DNA from: an uncultured Gemmatimonadales bacterium
Lineage (GTDB): Bacteria; Gemmatimonadota; Gemmatimonadetes; Gemmatimonadales; Gemmatimonadaceae
NCBI GenBank assembly: GCA_963701965.1
Contig: OY969695.1
Coordinates: forward strand, 2,048,001-2,112,000
Length of the DNA: 64,000 nucleotides
Direction of reading: 5' to 3'
In this document: in pieces, positions 28,993 to 39,312 of the stretch
Position numbering within the stretch: position 1 is the first letter of the stretch
Layout: the number at the start of each line of letters is the position of its first letter
Notes under the pieces: model-generated
Seen by the model: only the letters and a program-made list of their open reading frames with translations
The model's database searches: none
What the model was told of the DNA's origin: nothing
Made by a program: the position numbers and the translations under genes

Positions 28993-29396
28993 TAACGCGG
29001 CGCGATTACCGTTTCCTGGGCCCCGACCGCCTGCCAGCGATCCTCGCGGCAGGCGAAGACGTCCGTGAACACCGTTCGGCGAGTCGGGACGCCGGAGGCG
29101 TCGGTCGCCAGCACGATCCCCGTGGCGATCGCGACGCCGGAGACGACCCGGACGTGGAGCTGCTCAAAACGCGTTTGCCGACCGGGTGACGGCGGGTGCG
29201 CCGCGATGTAGTCAATGTGCTCGGCCTTGGTGATGAACTGGCCGCTGCCGAGCGTGTGGACGAAGTCCGGCGCCAGGATCTCGTCGAGCGCCGCAGGGTC
29301 CGACTCGTTGGCGAGCCACGCGTGCTCGACGTCCACGGCACTCGCGCTGTCACACGCGGAGAGGCGCAGCAGGGCGGCCAACGCCAGCGCGAGCAC
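28992..29396 (-). CDS. NTF2/DUF4440 family secreted protein
   Basis: D.AALDEILAPDF, FTDVF..R..RWQAV. Confidence 0.8.
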   Translation of the reverse strand: MLALALAALLRLSACDSASAVDVEHAWLANESDPAALDEILAPDFVHTLGSGQFITKAEHIDYIAAHPPSPGRQTRFEQLHVRVVSGVAIATGIVLATDASGVPTRRTVFTDVFACREDRWQAVGAQETVIAPR

Positions 29397-29398
29397 GC

Positions 29399-29731
29399 CT
29401 ACGCGCCTCGCTCGACGAGCACCGCGGTGCCGTAGCAGAGGACCTCGCTGGCGCCATCCGCGATCTCGGTCGCGTCATACCGCACGCCAATGATGGCATT
29501 CGCGCCCAGGTGATCGGCGTGCCCGCACATGATCTCGAACGCTTCAATGCGCGCATGCTCGCACAGCCGGGTCCACGCTGTGATGTTCCCACCGACCAGC
29601 ATCTGGAACTTGGCCCCGATGTTCCCGAAGACCGACCGTGACCGCACCGTCACGCCGCGGACGACGCCAAGCGTGCGTGTCGTGCGATAGCCGTCGATCG
29701 TGAACGTGGTCGTCGTCATGTTCGCTTCCAT
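29399..29731 (-). CDS. YbjQ/UPF0145 family protein
   Basis: LGVVRG.TVRSR, GANAIIGVRYD, YGTAV; exact start uncertain. Confidence 0.92.
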   Translation of the reverse strand: MEANMTTTTFTIDGYRTTRTLGVVRGVTVRSRSVFGNIGAKFQMLVGGNITAWTRLCEHARIEAFEIMCGHADHLGANAIIGVRYDATEIADGASEVLCYGTAVLVERGA

Positions 29732-30285
29732 CACAACCTCCGAGTCATGCGGGCCAGTGGCAGGTTCACGCCGTCGGGCAACGTGATGGAGAAGCGCTCG
29801 GTCACCGTGAACCCGAGCACGGCATACAATGGCTCACCAGGCAGGGTCGCCGCCAGTTCCATGCGCGAGAACCCCGCCGCCCGCGCCGCCGCCTGGCATT
29901 CGGCGAACAACAGCCGGCCGAGCCCGCGCCGCGCGTCGTCCGGGTGCACGAAGAACGCCCGGATGCGTGCCGCCTCCGTCTGCGGATCCAGCAAGGGGTC
30001 CGGGCCGTGCTTGGTCTGGTCCCCGCCGAACAACGTGCGGCGTCGGCTCCACCCACCGGCGGCCGCGATCCGCCCCGCGGCGTCCACGATGACATAGTAC
30101 GTGCCGTCGTGAATCAACTGCGTGTCGACGCCGAACACATGTTCGAGCGCGCTCTCGATCTGCGCGGAGTTGTACACCCCGAGACTCAACCCGCGCACGG
30201 ACGCGGTAATCAGCGTGTGCAGCTCCGGCACGTCGTCAATGATCGCCGGCCGCGGCGCGTATAGCTTTCGATCTACATCACTCAT
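29731..30285 (-). CDS. GNAT family N-acetyltransferase
   Basis: FGVDTQLI.DGTYY, GGWSRR, RAFFVHPD.ARRGLG, ATLPG.PLY. Confidence 0.9.
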   Translation of the reverse strand: MSDVDRKLYAPRPAIIDDVPELHTLITASVRGLSLGVYNSAQIESALEHVFGVDTQLIHDGTYYVIVDAAGRIAAAGGWSRRRTLFGGDQTKHGPDPLLDPQTEAARIRAFFVHPDDARRGLGRLLFAECQAAARAAGFSRMELAATLPGEPLYAVLGFTVTERFSITLPDGVNLPLARMTRRL

Positions 30286-30303
30286 AACGCCGAGAGGGGC
30301 ATC

Positions 30304-30684
30304 GTGGCTTTGAAGACGACCGCAACGTTCTATCGCTGGGACGACATGCCAAAAGAGGCGCTGAACGAAAAGCTCGCACGGCGGCTCATCACCGGCGACA
30401 AGATGATGTTGGCCCACGTGTATCTGGATAAAGGATGCATCGTGCCCCGCCACCATCACCATAACGAGCAGCTGACCTACATCCTCAAGGGCGCCCTCAA
30501 GTTCTCGCTCGGCGAGAAGGGCGAGGAAGAAATCATCGTCCGGGCCGGCGAGGTCCTCCACCTGCCGTCGAACCTCCCCCACGAAGCGCTGGCCCTCGAG
30601 GATACGCTCGACGTCAATGTCTTCTCGCCACCCCGCGAAGACTGGCTCAACGGGACCGACGCCTATCTGCGGAACAAGCGCTGA
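30304..30684 (+). CDS. Cupin domain protein
   Basis: PRHHHHNEQ, LPSNLPHE, FSPPREDW. Confidence 0.9.
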   Translation: MALKTTATFYRWDDMPKEALNEKLARRLITGDKMMLAHVYLDKGCIVPRHHHHNEQLTYILKGALKFSLGEKGEEEIIVRAGEVLHLPSNLPHEALALEDTLDVNVFSPPREDWLNGTDAYLRNKR

Positions 30685-30702
30685 ACAACGCGACCCGGCT
30701 GC

Positions 30703-30777
30703 CGTGGCGGCTTGTCCGCCACGCATCCAACAAACGACGATCTGTAGGCGACGCGGAGCGTCGCCTACAAGATCGTC
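30703..30777. terminator. Double hairpin between convergent genes (GTAG REP-like / bidirectional terminator)
   Basis: CGTGGCGG-cttgt-CCGCCACG (30703-23) and TGTAGGCGACGC-gga-GCGTCGCCTACA (30743-69). Confidence 0.6.
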
Positions 30778-31556
30778 CCTATTTGTCCGCCGTCGACTTG
30801 GAGCGCGGTGCCCGTGACGAAACTGGCGCGCTCCGAGGCGAGAAACGCCACCACTCCCGCCATCTCGTCCGGCCGCCCTGAGCGGCCGAGCGGGATGCCC
30901 GCGGTGCGCTGGAGCAGCATGGCATCGACGGTGGCCCCCTCCCGCTCCGCGCGCATGCGCGCCAACTCCATGGCCCGCGCCGTATCGAAGTGCCCGGGCA
31001 GCACCGTGTTGACGAGCACACCGTCCTTGGCGACCTCGTTCGCCAGCGACTTGGCGAAACCGAGCAACCCGGCCCGCGCCGTGTTGGAGAGGATGAGGCC
31101 GGCGACCGGCTGCTTGGCGGCCATCGACGTCAGGAAGATCACCCGCCCCCATTTGCGCGCCCGCATGCCCGGCACGCATGCGTGGGCCAGCCGGATCGAA
31201 CCCAGGAGGTTGAGCTCAATGGCGGCGCGGTAGTGATCCTCCGTCGTTGTGGCAAATAACGTGGACGGCGGGCCACCCGCGTTGGCGACGAGGATGTCGA
31301 TCGGTCCCAACGCCGCTTCCGCCTCGCGCACCACGCGTTCGGCGTCGCCGCTCTGCGTGACGTCGCCGGCAATGGCGACGGCGCGGCCGGGCGTAGTGGC
31401 CGCGATGTCGGCGGCGACGCGCGCCAGCTCGCCGGCGCGCCGGGCGACGAGCGCGACCCGCGCGCCCTCCGCCGCCAATTCCCGGGCGATCGCCGCGCCG
31501 AGTCCCGAGGATGCGCCGGCAACCAGCGCGACTTTCGTGTCGAGTCCGAGGTGCAT
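30765..31556 (-). CDS. SDR family oxidoreductase
   Basis: GASSGLG, DILVANAGGP, LSNTARAG, GTALQVDGG. Confidence 0.93.
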   Translation of the reverse strand: MHLGLDTKVALVAGASSGLGAAIARELAAEGARVALVARRAGELARVAADIAATTPGRAVAIAGDVTQSGDAERVVREAEAALGPIDILVANAGGPPSTLFATTTEDHYRAAIELNLLGSIRLAHACVPGMRARKWGRVIFLTSMAAKQPVAGLILSNTARAGLLGFAKSLANEVAKDGVLVNTVLPGHFDTARAMELARMRAEREGATVDAMLLQRTAGIPLGRSGRPDEMAGVVAFLASERASFVTGTALQVDGGQIGTIL

Positions 31557-31600
31557 GATTGGAGGAATAACGCACCTCGGATTCGACACGGCAACGGGCG

Positions 31601-32131
31601 TCAAGTCGTTTGCTTGGCCAGCAAGTTCTGCGCGGCGATCATGTGGGCCTGAAACGCCGGCGCCACTTTGACACACAGCGCCTTGAGGTCGGCGTTCTGG
31701 GTCGCCGGGATCAGCGTGTTCGTCATGGCGTCGATCACCGCTCTGTGGTACGCGACCTCGTTCTCCAGATACGCGCGGTCGAATTCCTTGCCGGACAGGC
31801 CTTGCAGCTTCTTCATCGCGTCGGCGTGCGACTGCGCCAGCGCGAAATCCTTGGGCGGCGTGGGCGTCACGTTCAGCTTCTTGGCCAAATCCCGTCCCTG
31901 CTGCCGCACCTGGGTGTGGTCGTGCGTGAACATCTGGGCCAGGTTCACGACCTCTTTGTCCTGGGACTTCTTGGCGGCGAGGCCGGACGCCTCAATGTCG
32001 TAGGTGTTCGCGGCGTCGAAGATGGCGACGATCGTGGGATCGTCGAGCTTCTGCCCGTGGGCCGGAGCGGCGGTGGCGGCCGTGGCGGCGACCAGGGTCA
32101 AAAGGGTCGCGGTGTGTCCGAATGCGCGCAT
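31601..32131 (-). CDS. DUF4142 domain secreted protein
   Basis: Signal peptide, AN..DI, DH, L..LSG.EFDRAY..NEVAYH. Confidence 0.85.
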   Translation of the reverse strand: MRAFGHTATLLTLVAATAATAAPAHGQKLDDPTIVAIFDAANTYDIEASGLAAKKSQDKEVVNLAQMFTHDHTQVRQQGRDLAKKLNVTPTPPKDFALAQSHADAMKKLQGLSGKEFDRAYLENEVAYHRAVIDAMTNTLIPATQNADLKALCVKVAPAFQAHMIAAQNLLAKQTT

Positions 32132-32186
32132 GAAAGCCTCGGTAGGAGGAAGAGTTGACCCACGGAAGATATGGCGATTAGGCTAA

Positions 32187-32207
32187 TTACAATAGTATTT
32201 ATTGTAA
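32187..32207. promoter_or_regulatory. Perfect inverted repeat TTACAATA-N5-TATTGTAA, candidate operator
   Basis: AT island between divergent DUF4142 and HTH regulator genes. Confidence 0.65.
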
Positions 32208-32245
32208 ATATTGTGCCTATCCGGACCGTGGGCTAAATTCGGCAC

Positions 32246-32869
32246 ATGTCAGATCTGGTGGCAGGCGACACCCGGGAGCGCATCGTGCACCAGCTGCGGT
32301 GGCGCGAACGGACCGTGGACGAGCTGGCCGCGGCGGTCGGCGTCACGCCGAACGCCGTGCGGCAGCATCTGGCGGTTCTGGAGCGCGACGGGCTGGTCGT
32401 CCGGCGAGGACCGCGGCGGGAGGGGACCGTGGGCAAGCCGGCCACGGTGTACGAGATCGCGCCCGCGGCCCGATCGTCGTTCTCGGCGGCGTATGCCCCG
32501 GCCCTGGTCGCCGTGCTGGGCGCCCTACCCGACTACTTGCCGAAGCTTGGACTGGAGAGCCTGTTCCGGGATGTCGGTGTCCGGCTCGCCGCCGGTATCC
32601 CTCCCGCCCGGGCGGGATTCGACGAGCGCGTCCGGGCCGCCGCCGGCGTCCTCGACTCCCTCGGCGCCCTCACCGAAGTCATTCCCGGGTCGGACGGCGT
32701 CGTGACGATCTGCGGCGCCAGCTGCCCGCTCGCCGACGCTGTGGCCGCCCGGCCGGAGCTCTGCCACGCCGTCGAGGCTATGCTCCACGCCGTCTCCGGC
32801 CTCGACGTCCGCGAGGCGTGCGATCACACCGGCGTCCCCCGCTGCCGCTTTCGGTTACACCCGGCCTGA
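32246..32869 (+). CDS. ArsR/SufR-like HTH regulator with Cys motifs
   Basis: TVDELA..GVTPNAVRQHL..LERDGLV, GKPA.VY, CPL..PELC..CRF. Confidence 0.85.
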   Translation: MSDLVAGDTRERIVHQLRWRERTVDELAAAVGVTPNAVRQHLAVLERDGLVVRRGPRREGTVGKPATVYEIAPAARSSFSAAYAPALVAVLGALPDYLPKLGLESLFRDVGVRLAAGIPPARAGFDERVRAAAGVLDSLGALTEVIPGSDGVVTICGASCPLADAVAARPELCHAVEAMLHAVSGLDVREACDHTGVPRCRFRLHPA

Positions 32870-32874
32870 CCTTC

Positions 32875-35328
32875 CTATAACGGCGCCGCCATTGCCGCCA
32901 TCCCGACGGGCGACAAGGGAATGGCCGCCGATTTCCGGCGGACCCCGAAGAACCGCGCGTCCATCTCGGCGGCCGTCACCGGCCGCGAAAAGTGAAAGCC
33001 CTGTCCCAGCTCGCAGCCCAGCGCCTGCAGGCGCGCGCGCTGGTCCGGCTCTTCGATGCCTTCGGCGATCGTCCGCACGGCCAGCGTGCTGCCCAGCGTG
33101 ATGATGGCTTGGGCCAGCCCTTGGCGCCCGCTGTCTTTGCCGATCTCGTCGACGAACGGCTTGGCGATCTTGAGAATGTCGATCGGAAACCGTTGCAGAT
33201 ACGACAGCGACGAATACCCGGTGCCGAAGTCGTCGATCGCCAACCGCACGCCGAGCTCCTTGAGCGCTTGCAGCGTGGTGAGCACGACCGGCGTCTGCTC
33301 GGTCAGCACGCTCTCCGTCAGCTCGAGAATGAGCGCGCGCGGATCGATGCCCGACGTCGTGAGCGCGGTGCGCACATCGGCGACCACCTGCGGTGTCTGC
33401 AGCTGGCGCGCGGAGACGTTCACCGTGATGGCGAGCGGCGTCGTGCCCGGCTCCCGCGCCGCGTAGCGCTTGTGCCAGACGCTGGCTTGCCGACACGCCT
33501 CCTGCAGCACCCACGCCCCGAGGGGGATGATGAGCCCCGTCTCCTCGGCCAGACTGATGAACTGGCCTGGCGCCAGGAGCCCCCGCCACGGATGCTGCCA
33601 GCGCACCAGCGCCTCGACACCGGTGATCTCGCCCGTCTCCAGAATGACGATCGGCTGGTAGTGCAGCACGAACTGCCCCGTCTCGACCGCGCGCCGCAGG
33701 TCGGTCTCCAGCTCCATCCGCTCCAGCGCGACCGTCCGCATCTCCGGCACGAAGAACTCACACCGGCCTTTGCCCCGCGCCTTCGCCATGTACATGGCCA
33801 CATCGGCATTGCGCAGCAGATCGTCCGCGTTGTCCCCTGGCCCCACGGTCGCGATGCCAAGACTGGCGCCGACGAACACATTCCGGCCTTCCAGCGCGAA
33901 CGGCCGCGCCAGCGTGGCCAGGATGCGCTCGGTGATGAGCGCGCATCCCTTGGTCTCGACCGGATCCTCGATGAGGATCGCGAACTCATCGCCGCCCAGC
34001 CGGGCGACCGTGTCGGTGGCCCGCACGCAGGCCAGGAGGCGGCGCGACGCCTCGACCAGGAGCGCGTCGCCGATCGCGTGGCCCAGGCTGTCGTTGACGG
34101 TCTTGAAGTTGTCGAGATCGAGGAAGACGAGCGCCAGCGGATTCTGCTGCTGCCGTTGCGCGCGAATGAGCGCGTGCTCGGTGCGATCGCGGAGCAGCGA
34201 CCGGTTGGCCAGCCCCGTCAGCGCATCGTGCAGCGCCTCGTGGCGGAACCGCGCCTCCTGCTGCGCGCGCTCGCCCAGGAGCCGCAGGTTGTCCCGCGCC
34301 GCCAGCACCTGGCGGCAGGCCACGAGCAGCGTGAGCGTGACCGCTCCCAGGAGCACGACTTTGAGATCGGTGCCCCAATACGGGGCCGCGACCAGGAACA
34401 GGAGCCCGAAGCCCGCGGCGACCGAGACGTAGGGGAGCAGCGACAGCCGCGGCTTCGGCGCGAACACCGTCGTCGTGGCGTCCGGGACCCGGGCCGCCGC
34501 CGTCCGCGCCTGGAGGCGCGCGGCCAGCGCGAACAACGTCCCGTCCAAAAGCCAGATCCAGTCGATCGCGTCGCCGGTGTGATACGCGCCGGCCAATCGC
34601 ATGTTGCCGTACAAGAGATCGGCCACGAAGCCGACCGTCAGGGAGCAGGCGATGATGCGGAGCGGCAGCCGTGAGACCTGCGCCGGCACCCGGGCCAGGA
34701 TCGCGGCCACGGTAACGACCACGACGAGATCGGCGATCGGAAACGCCACCGCTCGGGCCAGCAACAACCCCGAGCTGTGCTCGGCCACCGCGATCGGCCG
34801 GAGCGCGAAGTACCAAGACAGCATCCCGCCACCAACGAACACTGTAGCCACATCGAGCCAGTATTTGGCCCGTTCTGACACGGCGCGCGGAGCCGCCGGG
34901 AAATTCAGGAGGCCAGCCACCCAGAGCGGAAAGCCGCAGATGGAAATGATGTCGACCCAAACCGGCGCGTCCTCGGTCTTGGTCGCGATCTCGAACCATA
35001 ACCAGAGCGAGTCGCCTATCGCCGTGCACATCCCGGCCAGAGCGAATAGCGACCACGCCCGGCGCGTTGCCGCGTCCAGCGTCGGCCGGCGCGAGGCGTA
35101 GAACGACAGCGCGGCCGCCACGAAATAGACCGGGAGATAGTAGAACGACAGCGCGGTATCGCGAGCAGCCGGACTGCCCCGCCACAGCACGTCGATCAGC
35201 ACCCAGCCAAGCAGATAGGCGATCGCAATAGCGATATCGCCCCACGGGCGGGGACCGTGTCCCTCGGCGACCACACTCGGCGGCCCGTCCACCGACGCGC
35301 GACGGTTCATCATGGGTTGGGCGCTCAC
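32875..35328 (-). CDS. Membrane-anchored GGDEF-EAL diguanylate cyclase/phosphodiesterase
   Basis: Multi-TM N-term, DLDNFK.VND, RLGGDEF, EALVRW, DDFGTGYSSL. Confidence 0.95.
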   Translation of the reverse strand: MSAQPMMNRRASVDGPPSVVAEGHGPRPWGDIAIAIAYLLGWVLIDVLWRGSPAARDTALSFYYLPVYFVAAALSFYASRRPTLDAATRRAWSLFALAGMCTAIGDSLWLWFEIATKTEDAPVWVDIISICGFPLWVAGLLNFPAAPRAVSERAKYWLDVATVFVGGGMLSWYFALRPIAVAEHSSGLLLARAVAFPIADLVVVVTVAAILARVPAQVSRLPLRIIACSLTVGFVADLLYGNMRLAGAYHTGDAIDWIWLLDGTLFALAARLQARTAAARVPDATTTVFAPKPRLSLLPYVSVAAGFGLLFLVAAPYWGTDLKVVLLGAVTLTLLVACRQVLAARDNLRLLGERAQQEARFRHEALHDALTGLANRSLLRDRTEHALIRAQRQQQNPLALVFLDLDNFKTVNDSLGHAIGDALLVEASRRLLACVRATDTVARLGGDEFAILIEDPVETKGCALITERILATLARPFALEGRNVFVGASLGIATVGPGDNADDLLRNADVAMYMAKARGKGRCEFFVPEMRTVALERMELETDLRRAVETGQFVLHYQPIVILETGEITGVEALVRWQHPWRGLLAPGQFISLAEETGLIIPLGAWVLQEACRQASVWHKRYAAREPGTTPLAITVNVSARQLQTPQVVADVRTALTTSGIDPRALILELTESVLTEQTPVVLTTLQALKELGVRLAIDDFGTGYSSLSYLQRFPIDILKIAKPFVDEIGKDSGRQGLAQAIITLGSTLAVRTIAEGIEEPDQRARLQALGCELGQGFHFSRPVTAAEMDARFFGVRRKSAAIPLSPVGMAAMAAPL

Positions 35329-35494
35329 TAACCCATGGGACGATCAGGTTGCGTCCGCGGAACAGCTCGCCACAGTCAGCAGCTGATCAAATTGTGACAC
35401 CAAATGCTGTGGCCAAAATGCCCGAATCAGTTGTTCGTGGATTCTGAATCGCTAGTTTCCGGTCGAGCTCGTCAACTCGGGGCCTCCGGTTGGA

Positions 35495-35612
35495 GTGCCC
35501 GCGATAACGGCAAACCCGGCGAAAGCCGGCGACGCAAAGCCTCGAGGCTACCGTGTGCCCGGGTCGTCTACTCGACCCTGTCGGTGCGCCATGCTGGTCG
35601 GGCCGCCGAACG
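35495..35612 (+). ncRNA. c-di-GMP-I (GEMM) riboswitch
   Basis: GGCAAAC-CCGGC-GAAA-GCCGG-CGACGCAAAGC...GGGCCGCCGA matches the GEMM-I consensus with GNRA loop; directly 5' of a GGAGG SD. Confidence 0.85.
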
Positions 35613-35634
35613 GTCATTTGGATGGAGGCACACA

Positions 35635-37107
35635 ATGGACCGCAGGACATCGCTCGCCGCCGCGGCGCTCGTCGCGGCGTGTGTGGTCGCATGCACCCCC
35701 GCCGATCACGACCCCGTAGCACCCCCCGCCAGCCCGGAAGCCCGGTTGAATGCCGGCGCGCTCTCGGCCCAGTCGGTCACGCCGTCATCGACGGCGTGGA
35801 TGAACTCCGCCACGCAGCAGACGATCAAAGGGTGGGGGCTCTACCCCGCCGCCGGCACCGGGGCGTTCTTCAACCGCCCCACGATCCAGGACGCGCTGTA
35901 CAACATGGGTGCGACGCTCGTTCGCGAGCAGATCGACCCGTCGCTCTACGTCAGTGGGACGACGTTGGCCAACATGACGCTCAACACGTCGCTGTTGAAC
36001 GGCTACATCACGAAGATCCAGTACGCGAAGGCGCACGGAGTCACCGGCTACATCATGTCGGTGTGGAGTCCGCCGGCCGTGTTCAAGACCAACAACTCGA
36101 TCTTGGGCGAAGTGAACGGCGTCATCGGCAGCCTCAAGACCGGGAGCGAGGACGCGTTCACCGCCTATCTCACGCGTGTCGTCTGGACGCTCAGCAAGAG
36201 CGCGATCGGCGCCCCGCTGGCCATCAGCATCCAGAATGAACCGGAGGTCGCCGCGGGATATGGCGGCAATACCTACGGGGTCGCGCAGTGGCAACGGGTG
36301 ATGCAGAAAGTGCGCGGCTCGTTCGACTACAATGGCCTCTCGAACGTCACGCTCATCGGCCCGGAGACCGGGCAATACACGATCCCGATCTATTCGAACT
36401 ACCTCACGAATGCGCCAGGCTACTTCGGTGGCCCCGGGTATCCGGCCCTGACGGGATACATGGATCACGCGCTGGGGGCGTACGCGTTCCACACATATGC
36501 CGAGTGCAGCATCAACCCGACGCTGGCGGCAATCAAGGCGCACCCGAAGGACATGTGGATGACCGAGTATGGCAATCCGCAGGGCTCCGACGAGCTGGCG
36601 TGGACGCTGGACATGGCGAGCGCGCTGGCCGCGCACCTGGTGATCATCCCACACAACTACTGGTTCTGGTGGATGGGCTACGCGGTGTCATCCAGCGCGC
36701 CCCCGTTCGGCCAGCTCCTCTCCGGCACCACGACGCCCATCTACTCCAAGCGGTACTACGTCCTGCAGAAGCTCTGGACCACGGTGCGTCCCGGCTGGCG
36801 CGTCCACACAATGACGTCTTCCGACCCCACGATGCCGGCGAGCTTCGGCTCGCAGGATCCCTGCACCGCCCGCATCAACATCTCGTCGTTCACCAGCGCG
36901 GATGGGACGCAAGCGGTGATCATGTTCGTCAACACCACGGTCAACAACAAGCAGATTCAAGTCCAGAACCTGCCCGGCGCCGCGCAGCACTCGTGGCGGA
37001 CCGACGCCTCGAACAACATGGTCGCCCAGACGGCGTCCAATGTCTACAAGGGTGCGTCGACCGTCTCGGTGCCCGCGCACAGCGTCGTGATCGCCCTGAT
37101 GAACTGA
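35635..37107 (+). CDS. GH30-like glycoside hydrolase, lipoprotein
   Basis: Lipobox VVAC, QTIKGWG, WSPPA..K, ISIQNEP acid/base, WMTE nucleophile, beta-sandwich tail. Confidence 0.85.
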   Translation: MDRRTSLAAAALVAACVVACTPADHDPVAPPASPEARLNAGALSAQSVTPSSTAWMNSATQQTIKGWGLYPAAGTGAFFNRPTIQDALYNMGATLVREQIDPSLYVSGTTLANMTLNTSLLNGYITKIQYAKAHGVTGYIMSVWSPPAVFKTNNSILGEVNGVIGSLKTGSEDAFTAYLTRVVWTLSKSAIGAPLAISIQNEPEVAAGYGGNTYGVAQWQRVMQKVRGSFDYNGLSNVTLIGPETGQYTIPIYSNYLTNAPGYFGGPGYPALTGYMDHALGAYAFHTYAECSINPTLAAIKAHPKDMWMTEYGNPQGSDELAWTLDMASALAAHLVIIPHNYWFWWMGYAVSSSAPPFGQLLSGTTTPIYSKRYYVLQKLWTTVRPGWRVHTMTSSDPTMPASFGSQDPCTARINISSFTSADGTQAVIMFVNTTVNNKQIQVQNLPGAAQHSWRTDASNNMVAQTASNVYKGASTVSVPAHSVVIALMN

Positions 37108-37452
37108 TTACCCCGACCCTCCGCGCCGCCGATAGGCGGCGTGGAGCAGGTCGGCGATGACGGACCAGTTGGGTCGGCGGTTCAACCGAACGCCGACCCA
37201 ACCTTTTGCTCCCACGTAGGGCGGCACGAAGAAGCGCTTCGGATCGGCACGCACGAGCTGATCTTGCTCGAAGAGCGTGCTCAAGAGCCAGACGGATGGG
37301 ATGCCCTGTCCATGATGATTGTCGCCGTTGGCGTACGTGGCGAACATCTTGTTCTTCACCCGGAACGTGGGCTCGCCCCACGCGGTGACCTCGTGGGCGG
37401 CGGGAAACGCGAGACAGATTGTGCGGACCTTGTCGAGCCCCGGAGCCGCCAT
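37108..37452 (-). CDS. MmcQ/YjbR family protein
   Basis: WGEPTFRV..KMFA, RFFVPPYVG.KGWVGV. Confidence 0.9.
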   Translation of the reverse strand: MAAPGLDKVRTICLAFPAAHEVTAWGEPTFRVKNKMFATYANGDNHHGQGIPSVWLLSTLFEQDQLVRADPKRFFVPPYVGAKGWVGVRLNRRPNWSVIADLLHAAYRRRGGSG

Positions 37453-37461
37453 ACGGGCAAA

Positions 37462-39303
37462 CTACGCCGCGGCCTTCCCCTCGCGGAAGAACTGCACCAG
37501 TGCTTGCATCGCCTCGGCCTGCGCCGACATCTCCTGCGCCGTCGCCGCCAGATCCTCGGCCGCGCTCGAGTTCTGCGTCGCCACGGCCGACACCTGCTGC
37601 ATCGCGGCATTGATCTCGGCGATGCCGGTCGACTGGTCGGCCGAGGCCGCCGAGACATCGTGCACGATGGACATGGTCTGCGCCATCGACTGCACCAGCT
37701 CGGACAGGATCGTGCCCGAGCGCGCCGTGATCTTCTCGCTGGTCGACGCCATCTCGCGGATGTCCACCGCGGCCCGCCGGCTGCGCTCGGAGAGCGCCCG
37801 CACCTCGGTGGCGACAACCGCGAAACCTCTCCCCTGCTCGCCCGCGCGGGCCGCCTCAATGGAGGCGTTGAGCGCCAGCACGTTGGTCTCCGTCGCGATC
37901 TCGTCGATCACCGCGATCCGGGCCAGGATGTTCCGCATCATCGCGATGGTCTCGCGGACCGCGGTGCTGCCCTCTTCCATGTTGCGCGTGTCGCGCTCCG
38001 CCATTGTGCGGAGATCGACGCCGTGCCGCGCCGTCTGCGTGGCCAGGGTGTTGACCTTCTCGACGTGCGCCAGCGTGCTCTGCACCGCCGCCGTCTCGTC
38101 CCGCGTGCCACCGGACAGGGTCTGCGCCGAAGCCGCGACCTGGGTCGCCGCCGATGCGATGGCCCCCGCGCTGCCCCGCAGCGAGGACGCCGTCCGCGCC
38201 AATGTCTCGGTCATGCCGACGAACGCGTGGGCAAAAGTGTCCTCCGTCGACCGCGGCCGGACCCGGACGCCCACATCGCCGTCGGCGATCGACCGCCCCA
38301 CCTCGGCCATCTCCCGCAGATAGCCCGCCATCGTCGCGAACGCGTTGCCGAGCATGTCGTCGCTCGACCGGGGCTCCACCGCGACCCCGAGATCGCCGGC
38401 AGCCACGCGCTCGGCCACGTGCGCGACATCCCGCAGGTACGCACCCATGCCCGCGAACGCGTTGCCGAACCGGTCGGCATCCGACCGCGGCGTCATGCGC
38501 CGCGACAGATCACCGCGCGCGATCGCTTCGGCCGCCGCCGCCATCTCGTGCAGGTAGGACACCATCGCCTGCATGGCCCGCAGCAGCTGTCCGATCTCAT
38601 CGTCGCTCTTGACGGCGATGGTCATCGACACGTCGCCCTGCGCGATCCGATCCGCGGTGCGCACCGCCTCTTTCATGGGCAGGGTCAAGGATCGCACCGC
38701 GTACACCGCCAGCCCGGCCAGCAGCACGATGGCCACCAACGCGATCGCGATGAGGCGCGTGAACATGGTCCGCTGGAGACGTTCGGCTGCCGTAAACGCC
38801 TCGGCGATCGCTTTGGTGTCGCGCTGCGTCAGGTCGCCCAGAGCCCGGCGGATCGTGCTGTACTCCGTGGCCACCGAATCCTGGGCCGCGACCAGCTCGG
38901 CGTTCCGATCGTGCGCGATCAGGCGCTTGGAGGTTTCCGTCGCCAGCCGCGCGTATCCGGCAAACATCCGGCCAATGGTATCCAGCGCCGCGTGATCGGT
39001 CACCGCGTTGTGCAGGAGACCGGTGCGCGTCGCCTCGAACCGCTCCGCCAGCTGGTCCGCTTCGCGCAGCCGGAGCGCGCTCCCCTCCTGCACGGCATCC
39101 TGCTCGCTGCGCTGCATCGCCAGGATGATCTCTTGCAGGTTCCGGCTGCCTTGCACCGACGGATAGTACCCGTCGCGGATCGACGACAGCCGCTCGCGGT
39201 TCGCGCGGTTCAGCGCCGTCGTCGTCGCCCCGATGACCAACAGGGCGAGCGCCGCGACGCCAGGCATGACGATGATTTTCTGCGCGAAGCTCAGCTTCGG
39301 CAT
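37462..39303 (-). CDS. Methyl-accepting chemotaxis protein with tandem HAMP domains
   Basis: Two TMs, repeated IA.GD HAMPs, [27 protein letters not shown]. Confidence 0.95.
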   Translation of the reverse strand: MPKLSFAQKIIVMPGVAALALLVIGATTTALNRANRERLSSIRDGYYPSVQGSRNLQEIILAMQRSEQDAVQEGSALRLREADQLAERFEATRTGLLHNAVTDHAALDTIGRMFAGYARLATETSKRLIAHDRNAELVAAQDSVATEYSTIRRALGDLTQRDTKAIAEAFTAAERLQRTMFTRLIAIALVAIVLLAGLAVYAVRSLTLPMKEAVRTADRIAQGDVSMTIAVKSDDEIGQLLRAMQAMVSYLHEMAAAAEAIARGDLSRRMTPRSDADRFGNAFAGMGAYLRDVAHVAERVAAGDLGVAVEPRSSDDMLGNAFATMAGYLREMAEVGRSIADGDVGVRVRPRSTEDTFAHAFVGMTETLARTASSLRGSAGAIASAATQVAASAQTLSGGTRDETAAVQSTLAHVEKVNTLATQTARHGVDLRTMAERDTRNMEEGSTAVRETIAMMRNILARIAVIDEIATETNVLALNASIEAARAGEQGRGFAVVATEVRALSERSRRAAVDIREMASTSEKITARSGTILSELVQSMAQTMSIVHDVSAASADQSTGIAEINAAMQQVSAVATQNSSAAEDLAATAQEMSAQAEAMQALVQFFREGKAAA

Positions 39304-39312
39304 CCGAGATCT

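Noticed and set aside
35495..35612. cGAMP-specific GEMM-Ib riboswitch
   Set aside because: The G20-equivalent base is G (aacGGCAAAC), not A
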